From positions 2,976,001-3,040,000 of the forward strand of contig JBHGNT010000013.1 in assembly GCA_043228905.1 (NCBI GenBank): DNA of 64,000 nt. Direction: 5' to 3'. A model generated the notes under the pieces. That model searched no databases and was not told the origin of the DNA. It worked only from the letters and a program-made list of their open reading frames with translations. Source of the DNA: Azolla caroliniana (lineage: Eukaryota; Plantae; Polypodiophyta). Of this stretch, positions 1 to 11,307 are shown piece after piece. Position numbers and translations under genes: made by a program. The stretch's first letter is position 1. Each line of letters opens with the position of its first letter.

Positions 1-1042
1 TCCATCAATGGTTCCATTTCTTCTAAACAAGTTAACAACGTATTCTTAGGTAAAGTGGAAGTTAGTATAACAACAAATCACTAAGTTCATTTTCTAATAC
101 TCCTAGATACCGGGAAATTATTGCTTCATGGATAGAGATTTTGCTCGACTTCATCAGGTAACTCTAACAAAACTTCCCAGCCCAACTTTTGTAGTAGTTA
201 TTGATGTTGCCCTTTTGTTTTCAGAAATATAGTAGAGGAGTCTAAGCCAATTTATGTTGTGCTAGATAATTTAGCATGTGTAAATCCTTTAACATAATTA
301 GCAGCCCTAGACATCCAATTGTTTCGGGTGTCGTGGTTTGAACTAGATAACCCCAAAATTGAGTTGACAAAGCGACAAATCAAGTATTGTTAACAAAATA
401 ATTTGAAACCCCAAGCATTTACTATTATAGAACTCAATCTCATAGGATTTCAACTATTTCACTATTACAATTACGTCGAGAAGGACGAAAAGAATGAATG
501 TTCTTAATATTTGTAATATCAATAAAGTTTTCCAATATCATTGAAGTAAAATTAGAAATCTAACTTCAGACTAAAAAAGTATCAAGATTATGCAGATGTT
601 TTTGACAAGGTAAAAGCTAATACACTTGTAAAACATCAAGTATATGTTTGTCCCATTGATTTACAACCAGGAAAGGAGCTACCATGGGAACCAATCTACA
701 ATTTTTCACCAAACTAGCTTGAGGTTCTTCAAACATATACATTGCGCAAAACTTGGTAAATGGATTCATGTGATACTCAAAATCTCCAACTGGTGCACCC
801 ATTGTCTATATGAAGAAGAAATAGTGTTCACTTTATCTAGTAGTGTATTACCAATGTTTGAATAAAATTACTATTAGTAATAGCTATGCAGTCCCCTTGA
901 TTCTAGTCTCTTAGAATGAATTTGTGGAGTAAAATATTTTACAAGTATTGATTTACGAGATGCATAGTTTTGTCTGGGAGACAAGTGAGAGACAATTTTC
1001 TGCATTCGATATGTCATTTTGAGCATACAGAGATGTCGTTAG
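1..1042 (+). pseudogene. Decayed Ty3/gypsy (chromovirus-like) protease/RT 5' fragment, interrupted by copia A
   Basis: 586-780 reads DYADVFDKVKANTL..CPIDLQPGKELPWEPIYN, matching the RT N-terminus of the gypsy at 37247-37753. Many stops and frameshifts. Confidence 0.8.
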
Positions 1043-1203
1043 TGTTGAAAATAATAATAATTATAAATTGTTATTAATCTTAGGAATACGGAAGAACTGT
1101 AACTGTATCGGTGATGGGATTATAAAGCCACCACCAATGATGTAATAATTAGGGCGTAATAATATAACTATTTTTTTTTCTCTCTGTCTCTCTTTATCGT
1201 AAT

Positions 1204-1268
1204 TAGCTTACCCTAATGGTAAGTCGATAACACTACAAGCATTGTGTCTTGGGTTCGAAACCGAATTT
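1204..1268 (+). ncRNA. tRNA-derived (Pol III A/B-box) segment in the LTR, SINE-like
   Basis: CCTAATGGTAAG ... GGGTTCGAAACC with tRNA-like spacing; no convincing cloverleaf. Confidence 0.45.
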
Positions 1269-1324
1269 CTTCACCTCTCTATTATATACTTCATATATAT
1301 CTCTATTTCACTAGATGCCACTGT

Positions 1325-1393
1325 GGAATGTAGGGGTTGAACCCATGACCACTTGGTCTCCATTGGGCAACCTTACCAACTGAGCTACATCCA
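1325..1393 (-). ncRNA. tRNA-derived segment (A box TAGCTCAGTTGG, B box GGTTCAACCCC), SINE-like
   Basis: Minus strand TGGATGTAGCTCAGTTGGTAAGG...GGTCATGGGTTCAACCCCTACATTCCA, with near-complementary acceptor ends. Confidence 0.6.
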
Positions 1394-1396
1394 TTT

Positions 1397-1450
<54 letters not shown>

Positions 1451-1651
1451 TTTCCCTACATGGTATCAGAGCCAAACAACCTAAAAGCCTTATAGTCTAT
1501 GCCTTTCTTAAATCACAAAACACATGCCCTTATCATAATTTAACTTTTATGCCCATACAAAAATAATCATATTCATAGTGTCCAAGATCGTCAATTAACG
1601 AAAGACAATTTTGTGTTTGCCGTGCGCTGATCCGGACAGCCCTCTGCAATA

Positions 1652-2390
1652 ATGGCACAATCTATGTCGTCATCGCAACTCAACATGCGAAAATTCACGA
1701 TCGAGAAATTATCGGACACAAATTATCGAATTTGGAAGGCAAGATTAGAATTACTTTTTAAATATAATAAAGTATGGGACATAATTTCAGGATCGTCGAC
1801 AAAACCTGAAAAAGGCGAAGAACTTGTAGAGTATGAGGAAAAAGACCTATGTGCAAGAATGGAAATTCTAATGCATGCAGGTGATGGCACTGGAGAAATA
1901 TTGCGAAAAATGGAGACGGCTCATGAAATGTGGAAGCACTTACAAACTATCTACGAGCCGAAAAACAATGCCCAACAAGCGCATACACTTCAAGCGCTTC
2001 TTGGCGCTTTTCCTCACTCGTGGTCCACTTTCAAAACCACCCAAAACTCTATAAATTGTCCAACTCTAATTGATCTTCTTGCAAACAGTAGGTAGGAATG
2101 TGTTTACAAAGGTCTTCAAATTCAACTCCAAGTGTGGCAAGGATAGCATACAAAAACCAAAGATTCACTCAAAGAGGAGAAAGTACAAAGCCATGGATAA
2201 TGAAAGATCAAAACACTAAACAAGGAGGAATGTGGTTCAACAACACCTATTGTAAAATATGCAACGTACAAATCATGCAACAAAAGATTGTCGCGCAAAG
2301 TCAAATTTCAAGAGTTACCAACCGTGGAGGCATGTACAAGCCCATCTTGTTGAAGAAGAGATGGATGATGAAAAAGCCGTAGGAGATGGA
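1652..2390 (+). pseudogene. copia A gag (disrupted)
   Basis: IEKLSDTNYRIWKARLELL copia gag N-terminus; remnant zinc knuckle CKICN. Confidence 0.85.
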
Positions 2391-3060
2391 TGTCAAAATG
2401 CTGAAAAGTATGATGATGTCTGAAAAGAGAGATGATGATAGAAAAGAGAGAGAAGGAAGATATAGAAACCCAAATCTACAAAGATATATTAATAAGGAGT
2501 GATGATCATAGAAACAAGAGAAAGAAGATACATAAACTCAAGCCTACAAGGATGAATTGATCACTAGAAAAACGCACTACATGAATAGGCAAGAAAAACA
2601 CCACAAGAAAAAAACCCTCTTCTCACCACCTCACTCTTCTTGCTTTATATGAAGTTCCCCTCTAGTAGATAAGTTTCGTTTGCTTTCTTTTCCACGCTTT
2701 TTTTAGAGCTTTTCCATCTCCTATTCTTAGCTATGACACAACGATCTTCTAATCGTCATATCTCCCTCATCCATGCTCCAAATTTAGAGTTTTAAAAAGC
2801 TACGGATAGCTCTCGTCATAAGCTTTCTAACCCATATTTACACGTTATATTTGGGTTCCAAACGAATGAGTTATGAGCGTGCGTTGTAGACTGCATTTTG
2901 GTGCCCGCTTTTTTCTTCTTTTACTTTTCTCCACGTGACTTGCTTTTTGTTTGACTTATCCTCAAGACCTTAGCTCGTGATCTTGCCCTCCGGATGTGAA
3001 CGCACCATACCTTATATTCTTGTAGATTTCAATACCTTGAATTCTAAAAACACTTTCACA
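2391..3060. mobile_element. Probable solo LTR inserted at the gag/protease boundary of copia A
   Basis: Non-coding 670-bp block bounded TGTCA..TTCACA. Removing it restores ...EKAVGD/VLQTFIAE..IWYLDNGATNH. TSD imperfect (ATGGA/ATGTC). Confidence 0.5.
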
Positions 3061-3098
3061 ATGTCCTTCAAACATTCATTGCCGAATAACTTTCCACC

Positions 3099-6000
3099 AT
3101 GATTCCAAATCCAAGTAATATAAATGACATATGGTATCTCGACAATGGTGCTACTAACCACTTAACTAATAGAAAAGATTGGTTATGTAATTATAAGGAA
3201 GTTGAACCTCCTATCATTGTAATATTTGGAAATAATGGGACTAAACAAGCTATTGGCAAGGGTGATATTACTTTTGAAGTCACAGGAGGAAGAAATTTCA
3301 CAATCAATGAAGTTCTCTATATCCCGGGCATCACCAACCATTTGTTATCCATTAGTCAAGCAACGACAAATGGTACTATCATTGAATTTCATCCTAACCA
3401 TGCTATTATTAAACATAAAGCCTCCAATGGAGAACTTATTAGAACATGTTGTAAACGAGAAGGAGGCTTATATCCCATAAAATGTATTCTTACATCTCTT
3501 ATTTTCGAAGCACATCATTCTACTCCAATTCAATCCTCTATATCTCTAACTAATCTTCATTTTCCCTCTTCTCTTTGGCATTTTCATCTAGGCCATATGC
3601 ATTTCAATGCTCTAAAAACATTACAATGTAATAATCTAGTCCATGGTTTGCCAAAAGAACCATTCAAGCCCATCTTTTTGTGTGAAAGTTGTATCCTTGG
3701 GAAAATGCCCCAACAACCCTTCCCAAAGCATAGATCTAGAGCCACTAACCCTATTGCATTAGTACATAGTGATCTATGTGGACCTTTTCCAACCCCTTCT
3801 CTTAGTGGAGCCAAATATTTCATTAGCTTTATAGATGACTTTAGTCGATTTACAATCTTGCATTTTCTCAAGTACAAAAGTCAAGCTTATCAAGCATTCA
3901 AAGAATACAAGGCTCGAATTGAAGTGCAAACATCCTCAAAGATTAAAAGTCTTCAAACCGACGGTGGTGGTGAGTATATGTCTCATGAATTTCAAAGTTT
4001 GTATCAAAATGAAGGCATACATTATAGAATATCAACACCACACACACCACAACAAAATGGTGTATCTAAAAGGAAGAATAGGTCACTTCTCAATATGGCT
4101 CCGAGTATGTAACAATTTTCTCACTTATCGCCTCAATTTTGGGAGGACATGGTTGGCACCGCTTGCTATATTCAAAATCGCGGATCTCATAGATTCTTGG
4201 GGCTCCAAACCCCTTATGAACTATGGCATGTCACAAACCTAACTTAAGTAACCTTCGTATTTTTGGTTGTTATGCTTATGCGTTTGTGCCAAATGTTCAA
4301 AGAAATAAGCTAGATCCAAGGGCTACAAAATCAATTTTCATCGGATATGGAGAAGCGTCGGGATACAAGGCGTACAAGCTCTACGATCCACAAAAGCAAA
4401 GAATATTCTTTAGTCGCAATGTGATATTTCAAGAAAATGGGCTTTCTACAAAGGTTTCTTCTTCACTCTCTTCTAATCTACCTCCTTTATTACCTACCCC
4501 AACCCACTTACAACCACCTTCCTCAACCATCTCTAATATTAATAGCTCTCATATTGAAGGAGCTAACATTGGCTCATCCTCTACTTCCACTATTTGTGTT
4601 GCTCTTCCATCTAATCACAAGGCAAAGATCAATCCTACTCAACCAACTAATTCTTCTTCTCATCTTCCCTCATTCCAATCTCTAGATGATTCTCTTCCTC
4701 ATACTCCTTTAAATACACATTGTTTAACTCTCTAACAATACAAATAATGTTATCTTCTCCACTCCCTCTCCTAATCCTTCATTCCAAGCTTTATCACCAA
4801 CTTCTCCACCAACCTCTCCACCTCCAAAGTATAGATCTCTAAATAGTATTTATGAACAACTTTATCAAATGGAAGCACATTTTGTGGACTTGGACCATGA
4901 AGCTTATATACAAGAAGAAGATATTCCAACCCTTAGTAATGACACAAATCTATCGGCCAAAGATGCACTTTTCGGATTGAATTCTATCAAATGGAGAAAG
5001 GCTATGGAAGAAGAAATGAAGGCTTTAATTAAAAATGGTACGTGGACCCTTGTTGAGCCTCCAAAAGATCATCAAGTAATTGGTTCTAAATGGGTCTTAC
5101 ACATAAAGCGAGATAGTAATGGTAATCCAATTCGCTTCAAGGCTCATGTTGTTGCTCGAGGATTTTCTCAAGTACCAGGTATTGAATTTCAAGATACATT
5201 TAGTCCAACGCTAAAAATATGTGGTTTTCGAAAGTTCGTTGCTCTTGCCGCTCAACATGATCTAGAGTTGCATCACTTGGATGTACAAACGGCTTTTCTT
5301 CATGGAGATTTAGATGAAGAACTTTATTTACAACAACCACAATTTTTTGAAGATCCAAGTCATCCAACACATGTTTGTCGACTTCGTAAATCTATTTACG
5401 GCCTTAAGCAATCTCCACGCATATGGTATCACAAACTACACTCATTTCTTATAAAAGTTGGATATCATCGTCTAAACAATGAGCCAAATATTTATGTTAG
5501 AAAAGCCAAATCCAATTTTGTTATCATAGGTGTCTACGTTGATGATTTGCCCTTGACCTCTTATTCCAAATCTTATCTAACTATTGCAAAGAAGGAACTT
5601 GCATATGTCTTTCCTATCACCGATTTAGGCCCTATGACACATTTTCTAGGCATCAAAATAACTTAAAATAGAACAAGTCATACTATCTCATTATCACAAT
5701 CAATTTATATTAATTCTATCCTCCAAAGATTTGATATGCTCCATAGTAAACCTATTAGTACTCCTCTTACCTCTCCATGTAAACTTTCAAATGATGATTC
5801 TCCCAAAAATGAACGAGAAATTTCTGAAATGATGTACCCTATAAACAAATTATTGGGTGTATAAGATATTTAGTAAGTTGCACACGTCCCGATATTTGCT
5901 TTGCTCCCGGTTTTCTTTCTCGTTTCATGGCTAATTTAGGACCAAAGCATTGGATCACGCTCAAAAGATTACTACGATGCTTGAAGCATACTCAACATTA

Positions 6001-6571
6001 TGCGTTGACTTACTGAGCCATACAATCTGAGTCAACTACACTTGTGCAAGGATGGACAAATCCCTCTAGCCAACTAATTGGTTGGTCGGACTCAGATTCG
6101 GGGGGAGATGTGGACGATCGCAAGTCAACAAGTGGCTATGTTTGCGCACTAGCTGGCGCTGCAATTTCGTGGAAGTCAAAGAAACAAACTACCGTAGCAT
6201 TGTCATCCACCAAAGCTGAATATGTTTTCGCAGTTTTAGCGGCTAAATAAGGCATATGGATTAAAGCTATGCTTGAAGAATTTAAACTATTTACTATTCC
6301 AACAGTGACTTTGTTTTGCGATAATCAATCTTGCATCAAGTTAGCCAACAATCTGAAGATGTGCGACAATATACGTCATGTGGACTTAAAACATCATTTT
6401 CTTCGCGATCTCATTGAAACAAAGAAAATAGAGTTAAAGTTTGCTCCCAGTCATCAAATGTGGGCTGATTTTCTAACGAAACCTCTTCAACATTCTAAGC
6501 ACATTATTTGTTGCAAGCAAGTTGGATTAATTGATGTAATCGAAGACAAAGATGAAAATCTACACTTCTAG
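3099..6571 (+). pseudogene. copia A pol (PR, GAG-pre-IN, IN, RT, RNase H), several stops and frameshifts
   Basis: WYLDNGATNH, VHSDLCGP, FIDDFSR, TDGGGEY, QQNGVS, LDVQTAFLHG, YGLKQSPR, VYVDD, SDSD..STSG, ADFLTK. Confidence 0.95.
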
Positions 6572-6593
6572 AAATTTTCACTTAGGGGGGAAG

Positions 6594-6834
6594 TGTGGAA
6601 AATAATAATAATTATAAGCAAAAATAATTAAATAAATAGTTATTAATCTTAGGAATACAGTTTCCTTCATGAGCAAGAAACCATAACTGTATCGGTGGTG
6701 GGCTTATAAAGCCACCACCAATGATGTAATAGTTAGGGCGTAATAATATAATTGTTTTCTTCTCTCTCTCTCTCTCTCTCACACTCTTTTCTTTCTATCT
6801 CTCTTTCTTCCCTCTTTCTCTTCTTTTCCCTACA
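6594..6834 (+). repeat. 3' LTR of copia A
   Basis: Follows the PPT; matches 1043-1460. Confidence 0.9.
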
Positions 6835-8300
6835 ATTTGGTCTCACAAGTACACCAAAAGTTTCAAGACATTGCTAGTGTCATTTTTCAAGATCTCTTGG
6901 ACATCTTTTTAAGCATCTATTTGGATGATCTATTGATTTATTCAAAACCACAAGAGGAGCATAATTCCCATGTTCATCAAGTACTAAAACGACTACAAGA
7001 ATATGGCCTTTATGCAAAATTGGGGAAGTGCAATCTTGATTGCAAACAAGGGAATCCTTAGGCTAGATTACTCCTTTGAAGGAATCTCTTTGGATCCAAC
7101 TAAAGTCCAAATGGTGTTGGATTGTGAGAGAAATGCAATGTTTTCTAGGATTTGCAAATTTCTATCACAAATTCATACAAGATCACTCAAAACTTATTTT
7201 GCCTCTCACATAACTCACAAGGAAAAAACAATCATGGACTTGTGATGCAAATAAAGTTTTCTAGATCTTAAGAAGTCATTTACATTTGCCCCTATTTTAA
7301 CTCATGTTGATCCACAAAGACCATTTATTATTGAAGCAGATGTATGAGATTTTTTGAAACTACACCTAGTGGCTTTGTATCCATGCAAATTTGATACTCC
7401 TGAGATCAACTATGAGGTACATGATAAGGAGCTATTAACAATAGTTTATTCTTGTGACCAATGACAACATTTATTGAAAGGTTGTCCTCATAAAATAATT
7501 GTATTAAATAGAAGACATGCTTGATGTGCACAATAATTTCCTTATTCATTTTTATTCCAAGATTACTTTTGGTCCAGGGAAGCAATAAGGAAATGCAAAT
7601 GCTTTATCATGACATTCGCATTTATCACTTCATCCTAGTGATCCAACTTTCGATAATAAAAACATATAATCTTAGGTTCTACAGGCTTCAAGCAACCACA
7701 ACCTTTGATACTCCACTAGATTCAAGCATTATAGATACTATTCGTCACAATCTCAAGACAAATATCTTTGCTCAAGACATCTTAATCGTACATCTTGCTT
7801 TCAGTTCCAACATTCATATACAAATTATAGGCAATTCAATTGGCATACTAGATTACTTCTGTAAAAGAATCTTCTTTATGTTTCTAATGGGTCATTCGGC
7901 TCTAAGCCATACAACATTGCCATAATACATATATGGTTGGGCATTTTGGTGTCAATAAGATCTTGGATTCGTTAACACAAACATTCTAGTGGCCCCATCT
8001 ACGTAAAATTTGTTGAAGATTATGTTCACACATGTGACACATATTGTAGTACATCTTGCTCTCAGTCCCAACATTCATATACAAATTATAGCAATTCAAG
8101 TAGCATAATGAATTACCTTTTTATAAGAATGTCTTTATGTTTCTGATCGGTCATTAGCCTCCAAGCCATACAACATTGCGGTGATACATAAATGGTTGGG
8201 CATTTTGGTGTCAATAAGATCTTGGATTTGTTAACGAGAACATTCTGGTGGCATCCAAGATCTTGGATTTATTAACACGGACATTTTGTTGGGCATTTTC
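6835..8300 (+). pseudogene. Decayed Ty3/gypsy RT-RNaseH-integrase fragment (continuation of 1-1042)
   Basis: IYLDDLLIYSK..HVHQVLKRLQEYGLYAKLGKC and NYEVHDKELL. Integrase zinc-finger remnant (GHFGVNK) is locally tandem-duplicated at ~7790-8300. Confidence 0.85.
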
Positions 8301-8656
8301 TTGGTAGAGATACTTCCATCTTCATATCGACATTGTGGTTAAGACATTATTATACTTTCCTTCCTTGAATTTGGACTACATCATCATAGACTTATATCTT
8401 GATATGTGATCCATTAACTCTACCACCAATCATGTCTCTATTTGTTGGAATTGAAGCCATCAATGTGGAATACAAGACAACAAGTCGATGCAAACACGAT
8501 CAACAAGATGAAAAGATTGAGTAACAAAGGCAACTTAACCAGAATCAAGATCTAGACAGAGTGAAAGAGGAAGAGACACAAAGAGGTACAAATTTGTAAC
8601 TGTGTTATTGAAATCGTTACAGTACAAAGGAATGGAGGCAACAACAACATCCTAAA

Positions 8657-9050
8657 TGTTGAGCGGCAAGCTCAACCGGATCCGGATCGGCATCCGGTGA
8701 GCAAGTGAGCCGGTGAGCTGGGGAGCCGATTAGCCGGATCCAGCAGTAATCGAAAGCCTAGTAGTAGCCTAGACTGCTAGGTAGTTAATGACTCGTAGTT
8801 AGTGTCAGATGCTCGTGTGAGCATAGAAGTACACCGTACTTCTGTCAGTCCTCTTAGGACTTGTATAAATAGTGTTGTTGAAGCATGTTGCATATGCAGA
8901 GAACTATTATTGTTTTGTAATAGATTTTTAACGTTCGGCTCATTCTCTATCTCTCTCGCGTATACTTTGTGTGTTAATTTTTTGCTCTCTTTGTCTGTTG
9001 CTATCCGACTGAGCCGGTTTGTCTGACGCTTCCACACCTTCGTTTTTACA
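8657..9050 (+). repeat. 5' LTR of copia B
   Basis: TGTTGAGCGGCAAGC...TTTTTACA. Confidence 0.95.
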
Positions 9051-9536
9051 TGGTATCAGAGCGCGAGGGTTGAGAACCTCTGGAGCTAACATTAGCATCT
9101 GAAGACAAACCCTAAGACCCGGTAAGAACAGAAAGAGAAGTGATGGACAGAGGAATGGCTAGCTCGCTCCCTATGGAGAAGCTCAACAGATCCAACTACG
9201 CATCTTGGTCATACAAGATGCACCAATACCTGCTTGGGCATGGTTACTAGAGCTATGTCGACGGAGCTAACGACACAACACTTGATGCGACACAGAAGGA
9301 CTTCCCAGTGTCGGAACAAGCAGCAAGCAGAGTGATGTACTGCTTTGCGTCCAGTGTCGGAGACCAGTTGCTGAGCCATGTCCGAGATGCCAAGACGCCA
9401 AAAGAAGGTTTTCGCGACAAGCACTACTTCCCGGAAGCTGCAACTGCGACAGGAACTGAGCAATGTCTGATAGAAGGACATGTCGGTAGCCGATTACACA
9501 ACCCAAATTAAAGAGATCTGTGACTCACTTGCCTCT

Positions 9537-9560
9537 GGGTAAAAGCATGCGAGTGGAAAC
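9537..9560 (+). repeat. Left terminal inverted repeat of the Sola2-like element
   Basis: Inverted match to 21501-21524 with 2 mismatches. Confidence 0.92.
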
Positions 9561-10084
9561 ACTATTATAGCTAATTAGCTACTAAAATGGCCATAGCTAA
9601 TTAGCTATTTGTTTAGCTAGTCTTTTTTGTGGGAAAATCAAATATTTGAAAAACTAATTTATGAAAAAACTCAAATATTTGAACTTCTGTTTTAGACGTA
9701 GTGGAACTTGGGGAATATCACCATCATCTAAGGTCGACTTCAATGTCATCAATTTCCTGTTTAGCCTAAGTCTGATTTTGAACGCAGATGGAGTACTCAG
9801 AGCACGAACGCAGACGTAGCTCCCGCAACAGCAAAAAATCGACATTGCAGATTGAGAGCTACAACACAGAACCCGCTCGATCATCGTCCAGGTATGTTTC
9901 AGTTACAGAAACCCCAAACATTTGTTTTTTCTTTTTGACTACTGTCTGAACTTTGGTGCCGATTCATATTTCCCCAAAATTGAATAGGGCGAAGTCCTTG
10001 GAGTCCCATACAAGGATGTCTCGCAAATCGAGGAGTAGCAATAGGTGTGTTTATATTACTTTTTTTGTGTTTAATCCTGTCTTT

Positions 10085-10540
10085 AGTGATGATTGGGGTT
10101 TCTGATTGAAATTTCTGATTAGGGTTTTTGTTTATAAATTTCTGATTAGAATTTCTGATTAGGGTTTGTGATTGAAATTTCTGATTAGGGTTTTTTATTA
10201 TAAATTTCTGATTAGAATTTCTTAATAGGGTTTCTGGTTACAAATTTTGATTACAAATTAGAATTTCTGAATAGGGTTTTTGTTTATAAATTTCTGCTTA
10301 GGATTTCTGATTAGGGTTTGTGATTGAAATTTTTTATTAGGGTTTTTGATTGAAATTTCTGATTAGGGTTTTTGATTATAAATTTCTGATTAGAATTTCT
10401 GAATAAGGTTTCTGGTTACAAACTTCTGATTACAGATTTTGATTAGGGTTTCTGATTTCAAACTTCTGATTACAGATTTTGATTAGGGTTTCTGATTTCA
10501 AATTTCTGAATACAAATTATGATTAGGGTTTCTGATTTGC
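10085..10540 (+). repeat. Intronic minisatellite (ATTTCTGATT / TAGGGTTT units)
   Basis: Degenerate repeats lie between a GT donor (~10045) and an AG acceptor (~10567). Confidence 0.8.
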
Positions 10541-10588
10541 TAAGTTAAAACATTGGCATTTTTTAAGACTGATTTAGAGAAAGCCACA

Positions 10589-11307
10589 ATGGCTTCTGCA
10601 ATGGAGAGCAAAGTTACTTCCGCTGTTACAACAATTAGAAATAAGATTCAGGTAACTATTGTTTTGCTGTTATGTGATTGTGTTATAAATAACGGGTAAA
10701 ATGTGCTAATCAAGCATTATCTGGAATAGGTTGGGCAACAGGAGCTTGAATTAGAGGGGCCACTGGATCCCCAACGTAAAATAGAACTGCAAATAGAGAT
10801 CCAGGTTCTTTCAATGAACCTGGACCTTCTAGGTGTAAATATTGTTGCAGATTACAATTTGGATAAGCTTCAAGTTAACAATTCCTGAGCAAAGTTGGTG
10901 TATCTTTCAACAACAAGAATAATTAATCGGTAAATTTCTCTATTGCGTTGAAGGAACAATACATTCATCAAGAACAGGTAGTTAGCTGCCTTAAGAAGCA
11001 GCTACATTTTGTGGAGGGAATGGTAAGGACCAGACAGGATTTGGACCTGAACATTCTTGCTCCCTTACCAAATGAAGTAGAACCAGAAAATGATTTATTG
11101 ACAGTTCAAGCACGTTGCATCGCTTGCGGGTTAGGTGTGGAGGACAAAATTGCGTCTTTGTTGGTTCACCTACAACCATGCAACCACACATACCATCTAC
11201 TTTGTTTTCAACATGCCTATCGAATTGTTGCATTCTATTTGGGAGATTGCAGTACAACTCTACCAAATGAGTGGAGAAAACTAATAGGTATACCATACTG
11301 TAGCTAA
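10589..11307 (+). pseudogene. Transposon cargo exons ending in a RING-H2-like zinc finger
   Basis: ATG at ~10589 (MASAMESK..KIQ|GT), exon from ~10730, then ORF 10948-11307 CIACG..PCNHTYHLLCF..GDC. Contains stops/frameshift. Confidence 0.5.

Larger units (their letters stand above)
1043..1460 (+). repeat. 5' LTR of copia A
   Basis: TGTTGAAAATAATAATAATTATA...TTTTCCCTACA, shared with 6594-6834 but with ~200 extra bp. Confidence 0.9.
1043..6834 (+). mobile_element. Ty1/copia LTR retrotransposon A (full length, degenerate)
   Basis: LTRs TG..CA at 1043-1460 and 6594-6834. PBS TGGTATCAGAGCC (tRNA-iMet) at 1461. PPT AGGGGGGAAG at 6584-6593. Domain order gag-PR-IN-RT-RH. Splits the gypsy RT MPFGL motif; TSD degenerate (GTTAG/ATTTG). 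Confidence 0.93.

Noticed and set aside
1204-1393. Functional tRNA genes
   Set aside because: Anticodon arms do not pair properly; retained only as tRNA-derived segments.
8440-8656. Solo LTR hosting copia B and gypsy D (continuing at 34673-34885 and 39919-40070)
   Set aside because: Looks LTR-like, but no matching termini plus TSD could be established.
10085-10540. Interstitial telomere
   Set aside because: TAGGGTTT units are dispersed within a longer minisatellite, not tandem TTTAGGG.
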